This document shows, in pieces, positions 41,630 through 55,526 of a stretch of DNA of 64,000 bases. The notes beneath the pieces were generated by a model. That model had not been told where the DNA came from. It worked only from the letters and a program-made list of their open reading frames with translations, and did no database searches. The position numbers and the translations under genes were made by a program. Numbering within the stretch: position 1 is the stretch's first letter; each line of letters starts with the position of its first letter. The stretch comes from Podarcis vaucheri (Eukaryota), in the NCBI GenBank assembly GCA_965113315.1, contig OZ220372.1; one strand, given 5' to 3'.

Positions 41630-43801
41630 AATTGTGTGCCACTTTACAATAAGGCTTACAAAATAAGACTTGCAGGTGTGTACTTCTGAGAAGACTTGTT
41701 TAGCCCTATTTTGTAAATGTTGAGTGATTGTTAATATTGCTGCTGTTATCCTAGAATTTACTAGCTACTTATTGTAAACAGTAATGCAAGAGGGAAATGA
41801 AATGCAGAAGTTCCTTTGACCTCAATGTATGAACAAGGTGTTGTAGAGGTGAATTGTTACCGCAGATGTTTACAATTCTTCCTCCCAACAGTGGGTATGA
41901 GTGCATGTGAAATGATGGAGAGACTTAGGGCTGTACAATATTAACCCTGTGAAAGTAGAGGAAACTGAGGTTTAATTTTTAGCTTACATCAACAATACTG
42001 TAAAGCATAATAATATCACTGTCTAATTTTTCCTTACTACTACTAGTTGTAATAATAATGAATCCTTCACCAGGAGGTTCCAGGGCATGTGGCAATAATT
42101 GAAAATTCAGTATTAAAAACAGTTTAAACAATCAAATTCACAGGAATAGGGTGGGTCCTAAAAACACACATATCAGGTGTCAAAGGCCAGGATAAAGAAG
42201 TGTGTCTTACATATTTGTGCATGTATATAAATAAATGATAGGAAACTGAAGATGTTGAGAAATGCTGTTTTGTGCTAGTGTAAAACCATAACAATATTTA
42301 GTTTGCAATGCTTAGATCATTGTACTGAGGAAATTATTATCATTTATAAACGTAAAAGTAGCTGCTAAAAAAATTAAAAGCTTTACTTTGCCTGTATATC
42401 AGATAAGGCATCAGATGTTGTCTCCATTAACATTCTACAAGATCATTTGCAAAAGAATAGCCACAGAAAATGTGCTGTACAGCACATCACATTCCTGTCG
42501 TAACAAAACATTTATGTTCTGAAGACCTGGTCTATTTGAGCTGTGATCTTAGCTGAATGCTGCATCAGAAATCCAGGGAAGTGAAAAGGAAAGCACAATA
42601 GTGAAATGAAGCAGATTTTGCATGGATATTAGAAGTCATCAAAATGTAGGATGCAGCGTATGTTCTGTGATTTTCATTCAGAATGGCAACTTCACCTTCA
42701 CACTGATAAACCAAGATAATGTGATAATCTGGACATGTACCCACCTGGGAACTTAAGCCAAAGCTGCTGGGGGGAAAACATACTGCACAGTTTTGAATGG
42801 TTTATTCTCAACAATGTGATGTAGGCTGCAATTTAATGCATGTGTATCTGGGGATAAGCCCCACCGAACTCAGTTGGACTTCTGAGGAGACAAGCACAGG
42901 ACTGAACTGTTAAATGCTTAATTTTAACTGGATTGTGCACAAGTATATTTTGAATTCCATCTGTTGATGCAATATGCTGTGTGTCCACTTAAAGGAATGA
43001 TATGATGCTCTTGACCTCTTGAGAGCCTTGAGACAGAAGGCTTGTTCAGTGGAGGTATGTTTTCTGAACTGAAATACATCTGCTGCTGTGGTTCCTACAC
43101 TTTCACAATTTCATGTTGTATTTTGGCAGTTCATGGTAGAAAAAGAGACTCTGTATCAGCCTCCTCTGGGAAGGAGCAGGTGGATCTCTGGGCAGTTCTG
43201 CTATAGATGGTCAAAAGGTTTAGTCTGTCAATTGTTTAAAAATAGCAACAACAAAAAAAATCCTCCCCTCACCCAACACACTGAATGCTGAACTGAAAAG
43301 AGGAATTTAAAAAATAGCTTGGGAAGAAAGCCAAAAGAAGATTTCTGCTTGAAAGGACTGTGAGTTCAGTTCCAGTACTGAAAACAAATTACTGAGGTGG
43401 ACATTATGAGCTCAGAGGTACCCAATTCCCATATTCTAAGTGGATGTTCATCTTGTTGAGTCACTGTTTTATAGTCTGCTCTGGTTGGTAGATCTGGGAT
43501 TTTCTTCTATAAGACAAAGCAGATCCTGTAAGTCTGAAGTCTGCCCAGCCCTGAACTAAACTATGTTTTAAAAGCAGCTCCTTGCATAATTTGAATTTAG
43601 AGTAAAACTAATAAATGATGACCTGAGTCTCAGCCCTGTGTCCAGCATTCCTTGAAGGTGGGGAAGCCACCATTAGGCTAAGATGCCTATCATTTGCAGC
43701 TCTACCCTGAAATAAGCCCTACTGTGATTTTCTTCTAAGGAACGTTTACTCCCAAGCAAGTGTGGAGAGCATTGGAGCTTGTAAGTGCTGAAAGAGCCTT
43801 T

Positions 43802-43996
43802 GGGGAGGGTCATAGCTCAGTGGTAGAACACTTGCCTTGCATACAGAAGGTCCCAGGTTGAATCCCTGGTATCTCCAAATAGGGCTGCAGAAGACTCCCT
43901 TCCTGGAACCCTGGAGAGCCGCTGCTAGTACTTAGTTAGATGGACCAGTGATCTGGTCTTAGTTAGATGGACCAGTGACATAGGAACAGCTTCCTG
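43802..43996 (+). mobile_element. tRNA-derived SINE (decayed)
   Basis: A box TAGCTCAGTGG, B-box-like GGTTGAATCCC, tail tagatggaccagtga...cagcttcct. Related pieces near 26180-26240 and 35095-35176. Confidence 0.7.
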
Positions 43997-46900
43997 TGAA
44001 AAATCTCAAATTTGATTCGATTCTACCAGGACAGGAGGGAGAATTACAGACAGAATGAATGTATGCTGTGTTTCATTCTGGGGCCTGTATTCTAGGTTTA
44101 TTGGGACATCTGCTGCTTGTGATATAGACAATGATGTTTTAGAGTCACAGATGTGTGTTATGTATGCAAAGAAGTAAGCAGAGGGAAGAACAGAATGTGG
44201 TTCACTCTACACATTACATGGAGTTCCACTTCATTTTCATCTGCACATTAAAAAACAACAACAAACCAGCCAGGCCAGCGTGGGAATAGGAGTGGAAAAA
44301 GGGTGGGAAGAGAGAGGCTGCTTAACCCCTTAACCTATGTACATAAGCATAGTTTTGCTAGATCAGGCCAATGGCCCATCTAGTCCATTATCCTGTTCTC
44401 ACAGTGACTGAACAGAAAGCTGTAGGGACACAGCAAACTAGGCATGAGCACAACAGCTCTCTGCTCACACACCATTCTCAGCTGATGATATTTACTGGCA
44501 TAGAACATTTTTAACCATTGTAGGAAAGACGAGGAGACCCTGACCCTTCTCCTCTGTGGCTGAAAAGGAAGTTCAGGGAGGATTATTTTGACCTGAAAAA
44601 TGTCTGGGAGATCAAGTGAAAAGTAGCCAATCTCTAACCATCTTTCATAACCATCTAAAGCAGGTTTTATTTCTATTTTTTAAATGGAGAAAAATAACAC
44701 ATAACTCCATCTATCGCATAGTTTGAGTCTGAGAGTGGCATTGTTATTTCATACACCACTCTTAAAAATGAAACAACATGTAAACAACTTTGTCCCCTAA
44801 AAGAAATCATTATGTTTTTTGCAAGGTGTTGGTCTTTTTTTTTGTTTTTATAGGGTAAGATTAGAACATCTAGCTGGTTTGCCTGCATTTGGTCTCATTA
44901 ACTACATTTTGCACAGATTTCAATCTTCTTTTATTTCATTACCCAGAATTATGCGTTGTTATAAGTAAGGTAAGTTCATTCTGTATCCCAAGGGACTTGG
45001 ATACACGTGTTTCAGATCTGCAAAAGCTTGTAAAAACATAGGTCACAATTCATTATAACATGTATCAGTTTTGTAAAATTGATCTTACTGACAGTAAGAT
45101 TTGCTTTAATCCAACCAGGGAGAACCAGAAATTGGAGCAGGATTTCACCTGTGGTTCCTCTCAGTTTCCAGCAGTGGTAGCATGTTATTATTTACTGGAT
45201 TGTCTTCATATTATTGTAACAAAGGCATGGCACACATATGCATTTTCAGGGACCACCTTGTTCTCCATACAGTGCTTCAGGGGCCAGGAGTGTGTTTTGC
45301 CACATGAAATGATCCCCTTCACAATTCACCAGTTCTCTTGCAAAGGTCAACTATCAGCTATTAAGAGCTTCACTCATGGAATACATGTATTCAAATATAG
45401 CTGGGCTATTCCATGCAAAACTGAAAGAGATTAAAGTGCAATATTTGTAGAAGACACTCTGGCAGCTACACTCAGTGGGCCAACCACACAGTATGTCAGG
45501 GTGTGTTTACTGTGCACTTTGCCTGTCCTGACTCCCACCTGAAGACTCTCAGCTTGATTATAACCAGAGGTTCTATTCCAAAAACCACCACAATGCCCAA
45601 ACATAGATCACGTAACGAGATGTGCAAGTCAGAAGCTCTATCAGAGCCCTAAGGTTCATTAGCTAGGCATAAGCTAAGTCATTGTCCCAACACGTCACAC
45701 ACACTCTGAATTCCCAGTCATTCACACAGTTGGTGTCTTGAGCCTTGGGCAATTTTGCAAGTGGGATGGATCTATTCTTGTTGGTACAGCCATAGCTATA
45801 TCTTTGAAGGTGGAGGCACAGATGCTCAGTATTTGATCCAGCCACTGGGCTCCTTCCCATGATCCAACTCTACAGACTTTGTTGAATTCCTCCTCCCTTC
45901 TGACTAGCCTTGCCAAGACACCTCCCCCAGGGTTCATGGCACTACCTGGGATAATATATGTTTGTGCATATTGTGTGAGAAAGAGGAGAGGGGAGAAGGA
46001 GGGATGAACTGAATAATGAATGAAGGGAAAGCCGATTGGTTGGGAGGTGTCATTGGGATGTGTGTGAGAGAGAATGTGTGAATGTAGAGGTGGTGAAGAG
46101 GGAGGGAGGGAAGAGTGTCTCCAATCACTTTGGCTCTGATCACAAATAAACATTTTCTTGATACAAGCCTGGATCAGTTCCCTCAGACAAAAGGCATTTC
46201 TGAGGTTTCCTTCCAATCGTATTCTGCTACATCAATGGAAAACCTGAAAATTGGGGTCCAGAGACTGTCAAGTATAGTGCAAGGAGCTGGTTTCAATAAA
46301 ATGGAGAAGCCTCATGCATGCAAATGTTTGCTGCTTGAAACAGCTTTTTAGATTTAGCTGACGTAAATGAAAGGTAGCCATACAACATCAATAGAAGATA
46401 ACCATTCAAGTTAACTGCCTACAATGACTCCGTTAGCTGACTAAGATGTGGCCCAAAGTAAAGATTTGCTCAGTGAACTAGCATGTGAATTGCAATTCTT
46501 TTTTTCAAAACACTACTGGTGTTTCTTTCCTTCAGAGAGACTTTATCTGAAACACCTCTGAGGCTCTTGGATCCCTGTGGTTTGGAATCAGAGAAGACTC
46601 CGTATCAATCAAAGCATGGTAGTAAAATGACAGCTTCATGTAATTTTAGTGATACCCATTCTCTCCAGTGAGCATGATGAATGCATGATCAAGTAGTTAA
46701 ATGCATTTAATCTATTGACTGGAATGTCCTTATCAAGTGGCAGATAAGGTCTGTCTCTTGTATTAAGGCAGGTCAGGCAGTTCACTATATACTTGGGTCA
46801 ACCATAAAGGCATGCAAATAAAAGGGATATCATTTATGGATCACTTTTCTGGTACTAACAAAACAGGTTTCGCAAGCTGGAAATAAATGTCCATGTTGGA

Positions 46901-48213
46901 CCACTGGGGCAGTTACTCCATCTAGTTCAATACTGGCCACTTCAGCTGGTGGCCTCTTTCCATGGTCTCAGGCACAGAACTGTCGCCAGACCTGGAAACA
47001 GAGACCCTATACTTACAAATGCTAAGGATAGAATCTTGAACTGTGCATGCAAAACTTGTGCTGTACCACAGAGCAGCAGTGCCTCTTGCCAGGGGCACCA
47101 CTAGGGCCAGAGCCCCACCGCCACCAGCAGCAATACTATACTGGCCAACAGTCTCACTTAGCAGTTAGCTGTTGGGCAGTTTCCTAATGCAGCAAATGGT
47201 TTTAGAATTTTTGAATCAATGGAGACATTTGCTGTTGCTGCTGTTGTTTCTCTATGAGGAATTGAAGACTATTTAGACACCACTGCTTCCTTGCCCTCAC
47301 GGCCACCTCCTTTTACTTCTATCAGCTTGCACTTCATCACTCTCAATGTTTTCATGGTTCATTTCCCATAGATGAACTTCAGCCTTCTTGTATCATGAAC
47401 AAAAAATGCTGTGGCATCTGCCTTTATGTTTTGACATGGTAGTGCACATGTTACTTGAAAGCAAATCTGACTTTCTTTGGTTTCATTTGCATTCTATATT
47501 TCATTTTTATACACAAGATTAACCCCCCCCCCACACACACACCATAAACAGAAGTGCTATACCTGAAGTAGCAAAGCAGATCACTATAAATTTGGGCTCT
47601 CTAATGTGGTGCCTGCAGCACTGTCACTCGCTCAGAAACCACTCTTGGCACCTATCAATTTTTTTAAAATGAGGGATTTGTGCTTTTGTTTTGGTTGGAG
47701 GGCTTGTATGGGTTTTTTTGGGGGGGGTGTTGCTTTTTTATCTGGTTTTTATGGGGGGGCATGTGACTGTTAGCCTGCTTTGGGGTATAATTTCTGAGTA
47801 TCACCAGTTTTTCTTCTGTGAAATAAATTTTGTGGTGCCCAGAACAGTTTCTTAGTTTTCTGCACGTACCTCCTATGATAAACACAGAAGCAAGACATCA
47901 TTGTGGTTGTACATGTGAATGTCTGCATTCAAGAATCATGTGCTTTTGGTTGCCTTTTTGTCTTATAATTCAATGGTTCTTTTAATGATTGTAACTAAAG
48001 ATTTATTCTATTTTTTAACATGCCTTGCAATAGCTGATACCCAAACAGCATATAGTACAAGTATCACATTTTAAAATATCAAAAGATATAATTTCTCAGA
48101 ATTTGTGTTGGCTAATCAAATTGTTCGTTAATCCATATTGTTTTAAAAGTATTTCTTGCTAGTTGTAGACAACAGCATTCATGTGCGAACAGTGCATAAA
48201 CCCAAAAGATATA

Positions 48214-48456
48214 CAGTGGTACCTTGGGTTAAGTACTTAATTCGTTCTGGAGATCCATTCTTAACCTGAAACTGTTCTTAACCTGAAACTGTTCTTAACC
48301 TGAAGCACCACTTTAGCTAATGAGGCCTCCTGCTGGTGCCACGCCGCTGGAGCATGATTTCTGTTCTCATCCTGAATCAAAGTTCTTAACCTGAGGTAAT
48401 ATTTCTGGGTTAGCGGAGTCTGTAACCTGAAGCGTATTTAACCCAAGGTATCACTG
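48214..48456. mobile_element. Tigger/pogo-like MITE, same family as 11028-11259
   Basis: CAGTGGTACCTTGGGTTAA / TTAACCCAAGGTATCACTG, TA TSD, internal 18-bp duplication. Confidence 0.9.
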
Positions 48457-51400
48457 TAGTCCATATACTGGAGTGTTTCCATTCAGTTCCACAGAAAGTT
48501 CATGGGCTGAGCTGGGTCAGACATTCAGAATACTTTGTGTCTGCATTCATGTACAGAGCAAAACATGTCACATTAAATCATAGTTAAAAGCAAACTGTGA
48601 ACTGGCAGTGTGTCAGTGCAAACTGGTGAAAAGTTCCTGCTCTACTTCTCCCTTGCTCCTGCTGCTGTTGTACCACTGGAAAACAAGCCAAAATATGACT
48701 TTTCCCGATTGCAGAACCCGAGATTCTTCTTTTGGGGGTGGGGGGCGGAACCACAAGTCTGAGTCTGGACATTATGAAGAGTCAGATTCCTAGCTTGTTG
48801 GTGCAACAACAGCAGGCACAGACAAGGAGCACAGCAGCATTTCAGCAGCATTCACTGCACAATTCACATTAAACCATAGTTTGTTTTAGTTTGTGGTTTA
48901 TTATGAACCAGGCCAATGTGCCGTCTGGGGCATCCATTGATATAGCTGCAGCTTTCTGGTGGCATTTTTTGAGACTGTGGCAACACGTTTTTCAGCTATT
49001 TTGATCTCGGTAATCACTCTGGCAATGCTGGGTGTACCTTGGGTGATATTCTGCCTTTGCCATTTGAATGAGTTCATGGAGCAATCAGGGAACATCTCGT
49101 GGATAATGTTTTAGCACTCCTTGGGCATTCTAGATCCCATGAAGAGCAATACGGGAGCTGGGCTGTGCACCAATACACCACTTCTCCTGATATCCATGCT
49201 TACAGAACAAATGTCTGCAGGAGAGTGCCTTCAAGTATACAGTCATATTTGCAAAGGCTTTTTCATGATCTGGAGCCAATTGTGCATTTGGATACCAGGC
49301 GAGGGGTTTCTTAGCACATGTGACATTAGAGGCTGCTACCATTGCTTTGCTCTTCATGGGAGCCAGAATGCCTGAACAGGGCTTTTGGATGTCTGAAATT
49401 GCCTTAAGGAACTTCTGCATTGTTAGATAATGCATCTCTTCCAGAATTGTTCAATTGCCGTCAGTGAGAATACTGTGGATTTGGGGTACCAGGGGTAAAG
49501 CTTGCTCAAGTTTGTTGTAATAGAATTAGGAACTGTGTCTTTTAATTCAGGTTCTTACATCTTAAAATATTCAGAAACAGTAAATGAATTCCACAATGCT
49601 GACATTTTATAGTATTAATAATGATTATATTAATTCAAGTTAATTATGTCCAGACACTCAGAATCATGTATAACTAATTGAATCTTATTTTCCCTAGAGT
49701 GTTTCAAGTGGTTGCAGACAACTAGTGATTAGATGTTCAAAAAAATTAGAAGTTGCAGTGTATTTGGGTAGGTAGTGGCAGCACAGACTTCCATGCTGCA
49801 AGTCGAATCCTGAGATCCATATGCCTAATGCTCAACTGAATAGGCACTAGTGATTAGTTATTTCTGGAATGTAAAGATTGTCTGTCTGTCTGGTTCCTAT
49901 ATGTATTAAGCATTTTAATCTGCGGTGGTTCCCCCCCCCCAAATATAAATTTATGACGAGATTAACAGTGAGCTTAGTTATCAGCCTGCAACATTTGTGT
50001 CAAATTCTTTTTCATCTTTATGCTCCTTTTGTCAGTCACCCCTAGTGTCAGGCACCTTCCTAAACTCATATATGCTCTTTATTCATTGACCAAATATAAG
50101 GGCGCTGTGAGAACATTTAGAACAACTCCTAAAAATAAGGCACTAGACATCCAGCAATTCCTATCATCATTTCCTTGTTGTGTTCTTTAAGCATTTAAGT
50201 ATTTGGAGGCATCCCAGAAAAATACACTTTGACTAAATCCCATTGAAAGCAAAGTAGAACTTGGTTACCACTAATAAGCCGCAAGAGACTTACTCATCAT
50301 AATTAACTTCTGCTGGGTTCACAAATCAATGCAACCCTATTTGCATTAGAGGGAGTCTCTCCAGGCCAAAGTAGATGTGGTATAGTACCCAATGCAGTTA
50401 GCTACTCCAGAGGGGGAATTTTCCCCAGGACCACAGCAGGAGCAGAAAGGATCAAAATCCCCCTCTTAGCCTGCTGCGGTTGCAGGAATTCCCCTTCCAA
50501 TAGTTGCCATTTGCCTTAAACCTGCAGTTTAAATGCAAAGGCATACTTTAACATCACATCTCTTTTGGCCCTCATTATTAGCTGGAGTGGTAGTGGGAGC
50601 CCTGTGAGCGGACCTCTTAAATTTCAGGTTTTATATGCCAATGATCTCCCTTGGACTCATAATATTATTTACAATTAAATGCATTGCAAAACTGAGGTGT
50701 ACATGTCCATAGCCATGTACTATTAAAGTTAAAGTTTTGAATAAAGCATATCCTGAAGATTGTAGTCCAACTCTGCCGCTGCAATTATAGAGAGAACTCA
50801 CTCAAGTAATTAACACTCAGTAAAATAATTAACTGGGGGGGGGGAGAGAGATCTACACTACCAAGACAGACCTTGGCATATTCTTACTTTTCTATCCTTG
50901 TTTCAGCACAAATTTCTGTAGTCCTTTCTAGTGTTTTGAAAAAATATGGTTATTTTCTTTTATCACTTACTCAATATCCCCACCCACTGAAAACAAATGT
51001 TGAGTACTGAAGGTGTGTGATCATGGAGATAATGAGCAGTAATTTGCATTCCTCTTTTGTGGTCATCTGTGTTCCTTTTAGCTTCTTCTGGGACATATTT
51101 TATGAACGTGACAGGGAGTTAAATAAGTTACCCGTGTTTCAGCCTGGTCTTGCCGATAAGTCTTCCTCATTTATATACAAACTGGCAAATGTTTTGGGAT
51201 CTGAACATGAAGTCCCCTTATGAACGACAGCGTGAAGTGCTGCACGCACACCTAATTGTGTTTCAAATCCTCAGGCAAAGTGCTACTAAGCAGATTATTC
51301 ACACGTACCCTTAAGCTATAAGAAGATGAAGTGAAAAGCAGAAATGTAAGGGTAAATAAGTATTTCAGTTTGTTGGCACCATGACAGATAGATATACAGA

Positions 51401-52997
51401 AAGACTTGTTGAATTTGACGTTCTACTGCCCAGATTTAAAAATGTATTGTGACGTACACCCCAAACTCTGAGCGGTGAGATACTTTCAAGGGTGCCAGCT
51501 CATATTTCAGGTCACTGGAATGAAGATAACTAGAAACTGTAGTTTCTCTGTGATATGTGGTTTTATTTATGCTTATATGCAAGCTGGGATTGAGATGGAA
51601 GGGCTCACAGCATCAACACTCCTAACAGATCTTGCTCCCCCATTAGGTTTCATAGGGGACCTCCAAAGTTGTAGGTTTGGACTTTGCACAAAGACCAAGT
51701 CTGTGTCTTCTGTGTCTTCCCACCTCCAGGTGAGATTAGCCCCTAGCCTATTGTTCTACCCCCTAGGAGGGTTAGAAGAGAAGGGCCTGCTCCTTCCTTC
51801 TGGAAGCATCACAAGCTCATTAGTTTTATGGCAACACACGTGTACTTGACCAACCCTTTAGATATGAAAAGGGATGCTTAGCAGGCTTGGCTAGGGCAAT
51901 TAATTTAGACTGGTTTGATCACTTCAGCAGCTCAATCTGCTACAGAATTCCATCTAAAGCCATAGGCTTGGAGGGGACCCCAATATGGCATTCAGACCAC
52001 CACAATCCATTATATAACAGTATATAAGTTGTAGAAGTTGATATGTTTGCACATGTTTTTCCTTGCTTGTGCTTCTTTAATATCCTGGATACTAATCAAG
52101 TGTGAAGAAAGACAAAGGGAGCAGAGAATCCAAATGTTTTATGATTGATCCAGCACAGGGATAACTTTTCCACTGACCACCACATAGCTCACTCAGTTAC
52201 TCACTGGTTTCTCCCTTGAACGTGGCTTTTGAGAACAGCTGGTTTGTTCCTACTGGATTTTCAAAGTGCATCTGCCAAGAGGTTTTTATGGGAGTCAAGT
52301 GCAGGGTAACCTTACCATGGAGTGACTTGAAACAGTGCTTTCAAGTGACAGATTTCAATGTGGTGCTATTTTCTTACCTCCAGCTTCCTTAAAAGTTTAA
52401 CCACTGAATGCTACTGCATTGACAGAATGGGGAGGGAAGCAATATTTTGGCAATTTCTTCTCCCTGCTGCCCCCACCCTCACCCCACCCACCAAACTTCT
52501 CTGAAGTGCCAACCATCTTTCTAGAGCAATTTGGGGAAAGGGTGAATGTAGCTACATGGGGGGAGGAGATATAACATAAAATTGTCTCCAAACCTATTCT
52601 GCTGATGGTTGACTTCCATCAGCAATGTGACACCCAGTGGATTTCAGTCTTGGAAAGGGAGTGCCAAGTCTAGACCAACAGATTATATCTGTGATATAGT
52701 TGCACTCTTGGTCCCGCATCCATTTGTGGTGCAAATGGGAGCAACTGTACACCAGCATTGGGCTGTTTGTCTGCATTACATTGTCTGCAGGTTCACACAG
52801 ACAAATAGCCCAACATTCTTTGCATGTATTTCACCTGCATTTACTAGGATCGTTTCCCACATATCTTTTGTTTAGCTCTGAAGCATGAGAATCTCCCATT
52901 ATCTGTATCGCTGTGCAAATATCTACCCATATGTATCCAATGCATTGAATTTCTCACAATACTAAGAATGCCAAATCTATTCATGGCAATAATTGTA

Positions 52998-53249
52998 CAG
53001 TGGTGCCTCGCAAGACGAAAAGAATTCATTCCGCGAGTCTTTTCGTCTTGCGATGTTTTTCGTCTTGCGAAGCACCGTCCGTCGCAACTGCGACTCTTCA
53101 AGCGGCTTTAAAAAAAAGTGCAAGACGTTTTCGTCTTGCGAAGCAAGCCCATAGGGAAATTCGTCTAGCGAAGCAATGCAAAAACGGAAAACCCTTTCGT
53201 CTAGCGAGTTTTTCGTCTTGCGAGGCATTCGTCTTGCGGGGCACCACTG
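52998..53249. mobile_element. Tigger/pogo-like MITE (TTCGTCTTGCG-repeat family)
   Basis: TIR CAGTGGTGCCTCGCAAGACGAA / TTCGTCTTGCGGGGCACCACTG, TA TSD, CpG intact. Confidence 0.9.
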
Positions 53250-54975
53250 TACTGGCACAGAATCTGTTTGGTCCCTGTGAGATTCTTAAAGGAGACTATT
53301 CCGTGAATGGACTTAGGTTTTTTGGAGGGTGGGTGGTGGGTGGTGGGTGGGCGGCAATCAGCCATTTAGCCTCAACCTCAGCCTCCTTCACCTCATTTCA
53401 GAGATCCAACAGATAAGGTACAAGACCAAAATAGCTCTGCAAAATATTTCTGTTCCACAGAGGATTCCACCTTGATCTGAAAAGACTGTTGAAAAGCTAG
53501 TGCAACAGTTCAGCTCTTTTTTCTGACTTTAATGATATCATTTGGGGTGAATGTGGTCTATGATGACAAACAATGCAGCTCATTAAAATATGGTCTCCAA
53601 CTGTTCTTCTGTCTAGCAATTTTATAAATTACTAATGAGAATTAGATTTACATCCCCCCCTTATACTTAGATTCTCCACTTACACTGGAATCCTATGTAT
53701 GTTTACACAAAAGTTTACTCAGCCAATAGAACTTTATTCCAGGAAAGTGTTATAGCAGGGGTGACTCGTGGCTAACCTGTTGGCGATATTCAACACTTTA
53801 GGGTCCATATGCCTACAGCAGATATGAGCAAACCTGGGTACAGCTGATCCATTCATACACGACAGAGGGAGAGAGTTCTGCCACCTTGCAGTCCAGTACA
53901 CTCTTACCAATGGGACTTCCTTCTGTATAGACACATCTAGAGTTGCACTCTTGGTAGCCTACAGACCTGTCTTCTTTGAATAAAAATGCTGCAATGTGCA
54001 GAGGTTGATAATGATGAATACAAAACCTTCAAACACTGTAATAATGACAATGACCACAGCAATCATTCATGACTAGGTGCAAAATGTCAAAATTGGAAAG
54101 AATTGTATCTCATGTTGTATCCTTAAATAATGTGACATTACATCTTGGTGTGTTTTTTAAAGTGCAAATGCTTGTCTGTTTGAGACATATCACATCCCTA
54201 CAAGAGGTCTAAAAGTTGTAGTACTTTCCCCGATTTAATTATCTTGCACTTTCCAGATGCAGTCTGTCTGCTATTGACATGGGAAATTTCATTTTGTTGC
54301 AATATCTTTCGCGTGTGTCTCCTTGATATTGATAACAGTTGCTTGTGTTGCTGCTTATCTCCTTTTTAATTCTGAAAATGTAATAAAGAAAGGAAATACA
54401 AGTAGAAGCTAGATGCTGTGGTTAGGCAGACAGCCTTCAAAGCCTTGCATCAAAATCAAGCTAATACTGAGGGGAAACCTAGTACGCTTCTTGTAGCTTA
54501 AGTTTTTCTTTTATTATTTTCATACGCCGCTATCTTGAGGCAACACAGTTCACAAGGCACTGTTTCAGCATGCCGACAAAACAAACCATGGTCCAAACAA
54601 TAAGGAAATGAAAGAGGTTCCCATGGGATTCCCTGTTACATCTCCGAGCAAGTTTTTGGAATGTATGGTTAATTATCACATTCGTCTACACTGTGATTCT
54701 TTCATGCACATTTATGTTTGGATTCATTTCCTAAACAAAACATCCATAGTTAATCATGCAGTTCAGTGGGGCTAATCAGAATGGTGGCTTAGTCACAATG
54801 AAATCATTGGGCGTGGAAGGGCAGGATGCTTTGCAATTGTTCCACAACAAAATTACGCACAGGTGGCAAGTTGGTGCATGGACCTCTTTTAATAGGTGTG
54901 AGTTTGATTTCATCTTTGCATTTCTTTAGAAAATGGAAGCAGTCAAGATTTGAGCAAGGGCAGCCCACTCCATTA

Positions 54976-54999
54976 ATATATATATATATATATATATAT
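54976..54999. repeat. (TA)n tract, left part of the insertion target
   Basis: Direct reading. Confidence 0.95.
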
Positions 55000-55354
55000 G
55001 GGACGCGGGTGGCGCTGTGGGCTAAAGCCTCAGCGCCTAGGGCTTGCCGATTGAAAGGTCGGCGGTTCGAATCCCCGCGGCGGGGTGCGCTCCCGCTGTT
55101 CGGTCCCAGCGCCTGCCCACCTAGCAGTTCGAAAGCACCCCCGGGTGCAAGTAGATAAATAGGTACCGCTTACCAGCGGGAAGGTAAACGGCGTTCCGTG
55201 TGCGGCTCTGGCTCGCCAGAGCAGCGATGTCACGCTGGCCACGTGACCCGGAAGTGTCCCCGGACAGCGCTGGCCCCCGGCCAATAAATGTGAGATGGGC
55301 GCACAAACCCCACAGTCTGTCAAGACTGGCCCGTTCGGGCAGGGGTACCTTTAC
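55000..55354 (+). mobile_element. Sauria SINE (Squam1-type), full length and young
   Basis: GGGACGCGGGTGGCGCTGTGGG head, B box GGTTCGAATCC, ACCTTTAC tail, CpG-rich, flanked by TA repeats. Confidence 0.9.
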
Positions 55355-55358
55355 ATAT

Positions 55359-55405
55359 AGACACCCCGACTCTTACACGGGAAGACACCCGAAGACACCA
55401 AAACC

Positions 55406-55410
<5 letters not shown>
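55359..55410 (+). mobile_element. 52-bp inverted fragment of the PLE 5' region
   Basis: Exact reverse complement of 55473-55524. Confidence 0.95.

Positions 55411-55444
<34 letters not shown>
55409..55444. repeat. (AT)n tract between two PLE 3' ends
   Basis: Direct reading. Confidence 0.95.
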
Positions 55445-55446
<2 letters not shown>

Positions 55447-55526
55447 TTTCGTAGATTTTCACGGGTACAGGAATGCAGGTTTTGGTGTCTTCGGGTGTCT
55501 TCCCGTGTAAGAGTCGGGGTGTCTGG

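Noticed and set aside
43802-43876. Possible tRNA gene
   Set aside because: Degenerate B box and acceptor stem, continuing into a SINE body.
52998-53249. CRISPR-like appearance of repeated TTCGTCTTGCG
   Set aside because: Repeats are 11-12 bp, irregularly spaced, in both orientations and inside TIRs with a TA TSD, in eukaryotic DNA.
244-54900. Short ORFs of 60-164 aa as host exons
   Set aside because: No recognisable domain or consistent splice pattern; many overlap repeats or use non-ATG starts. Small real exons cannot be excluded without alignment or RNA-seq.
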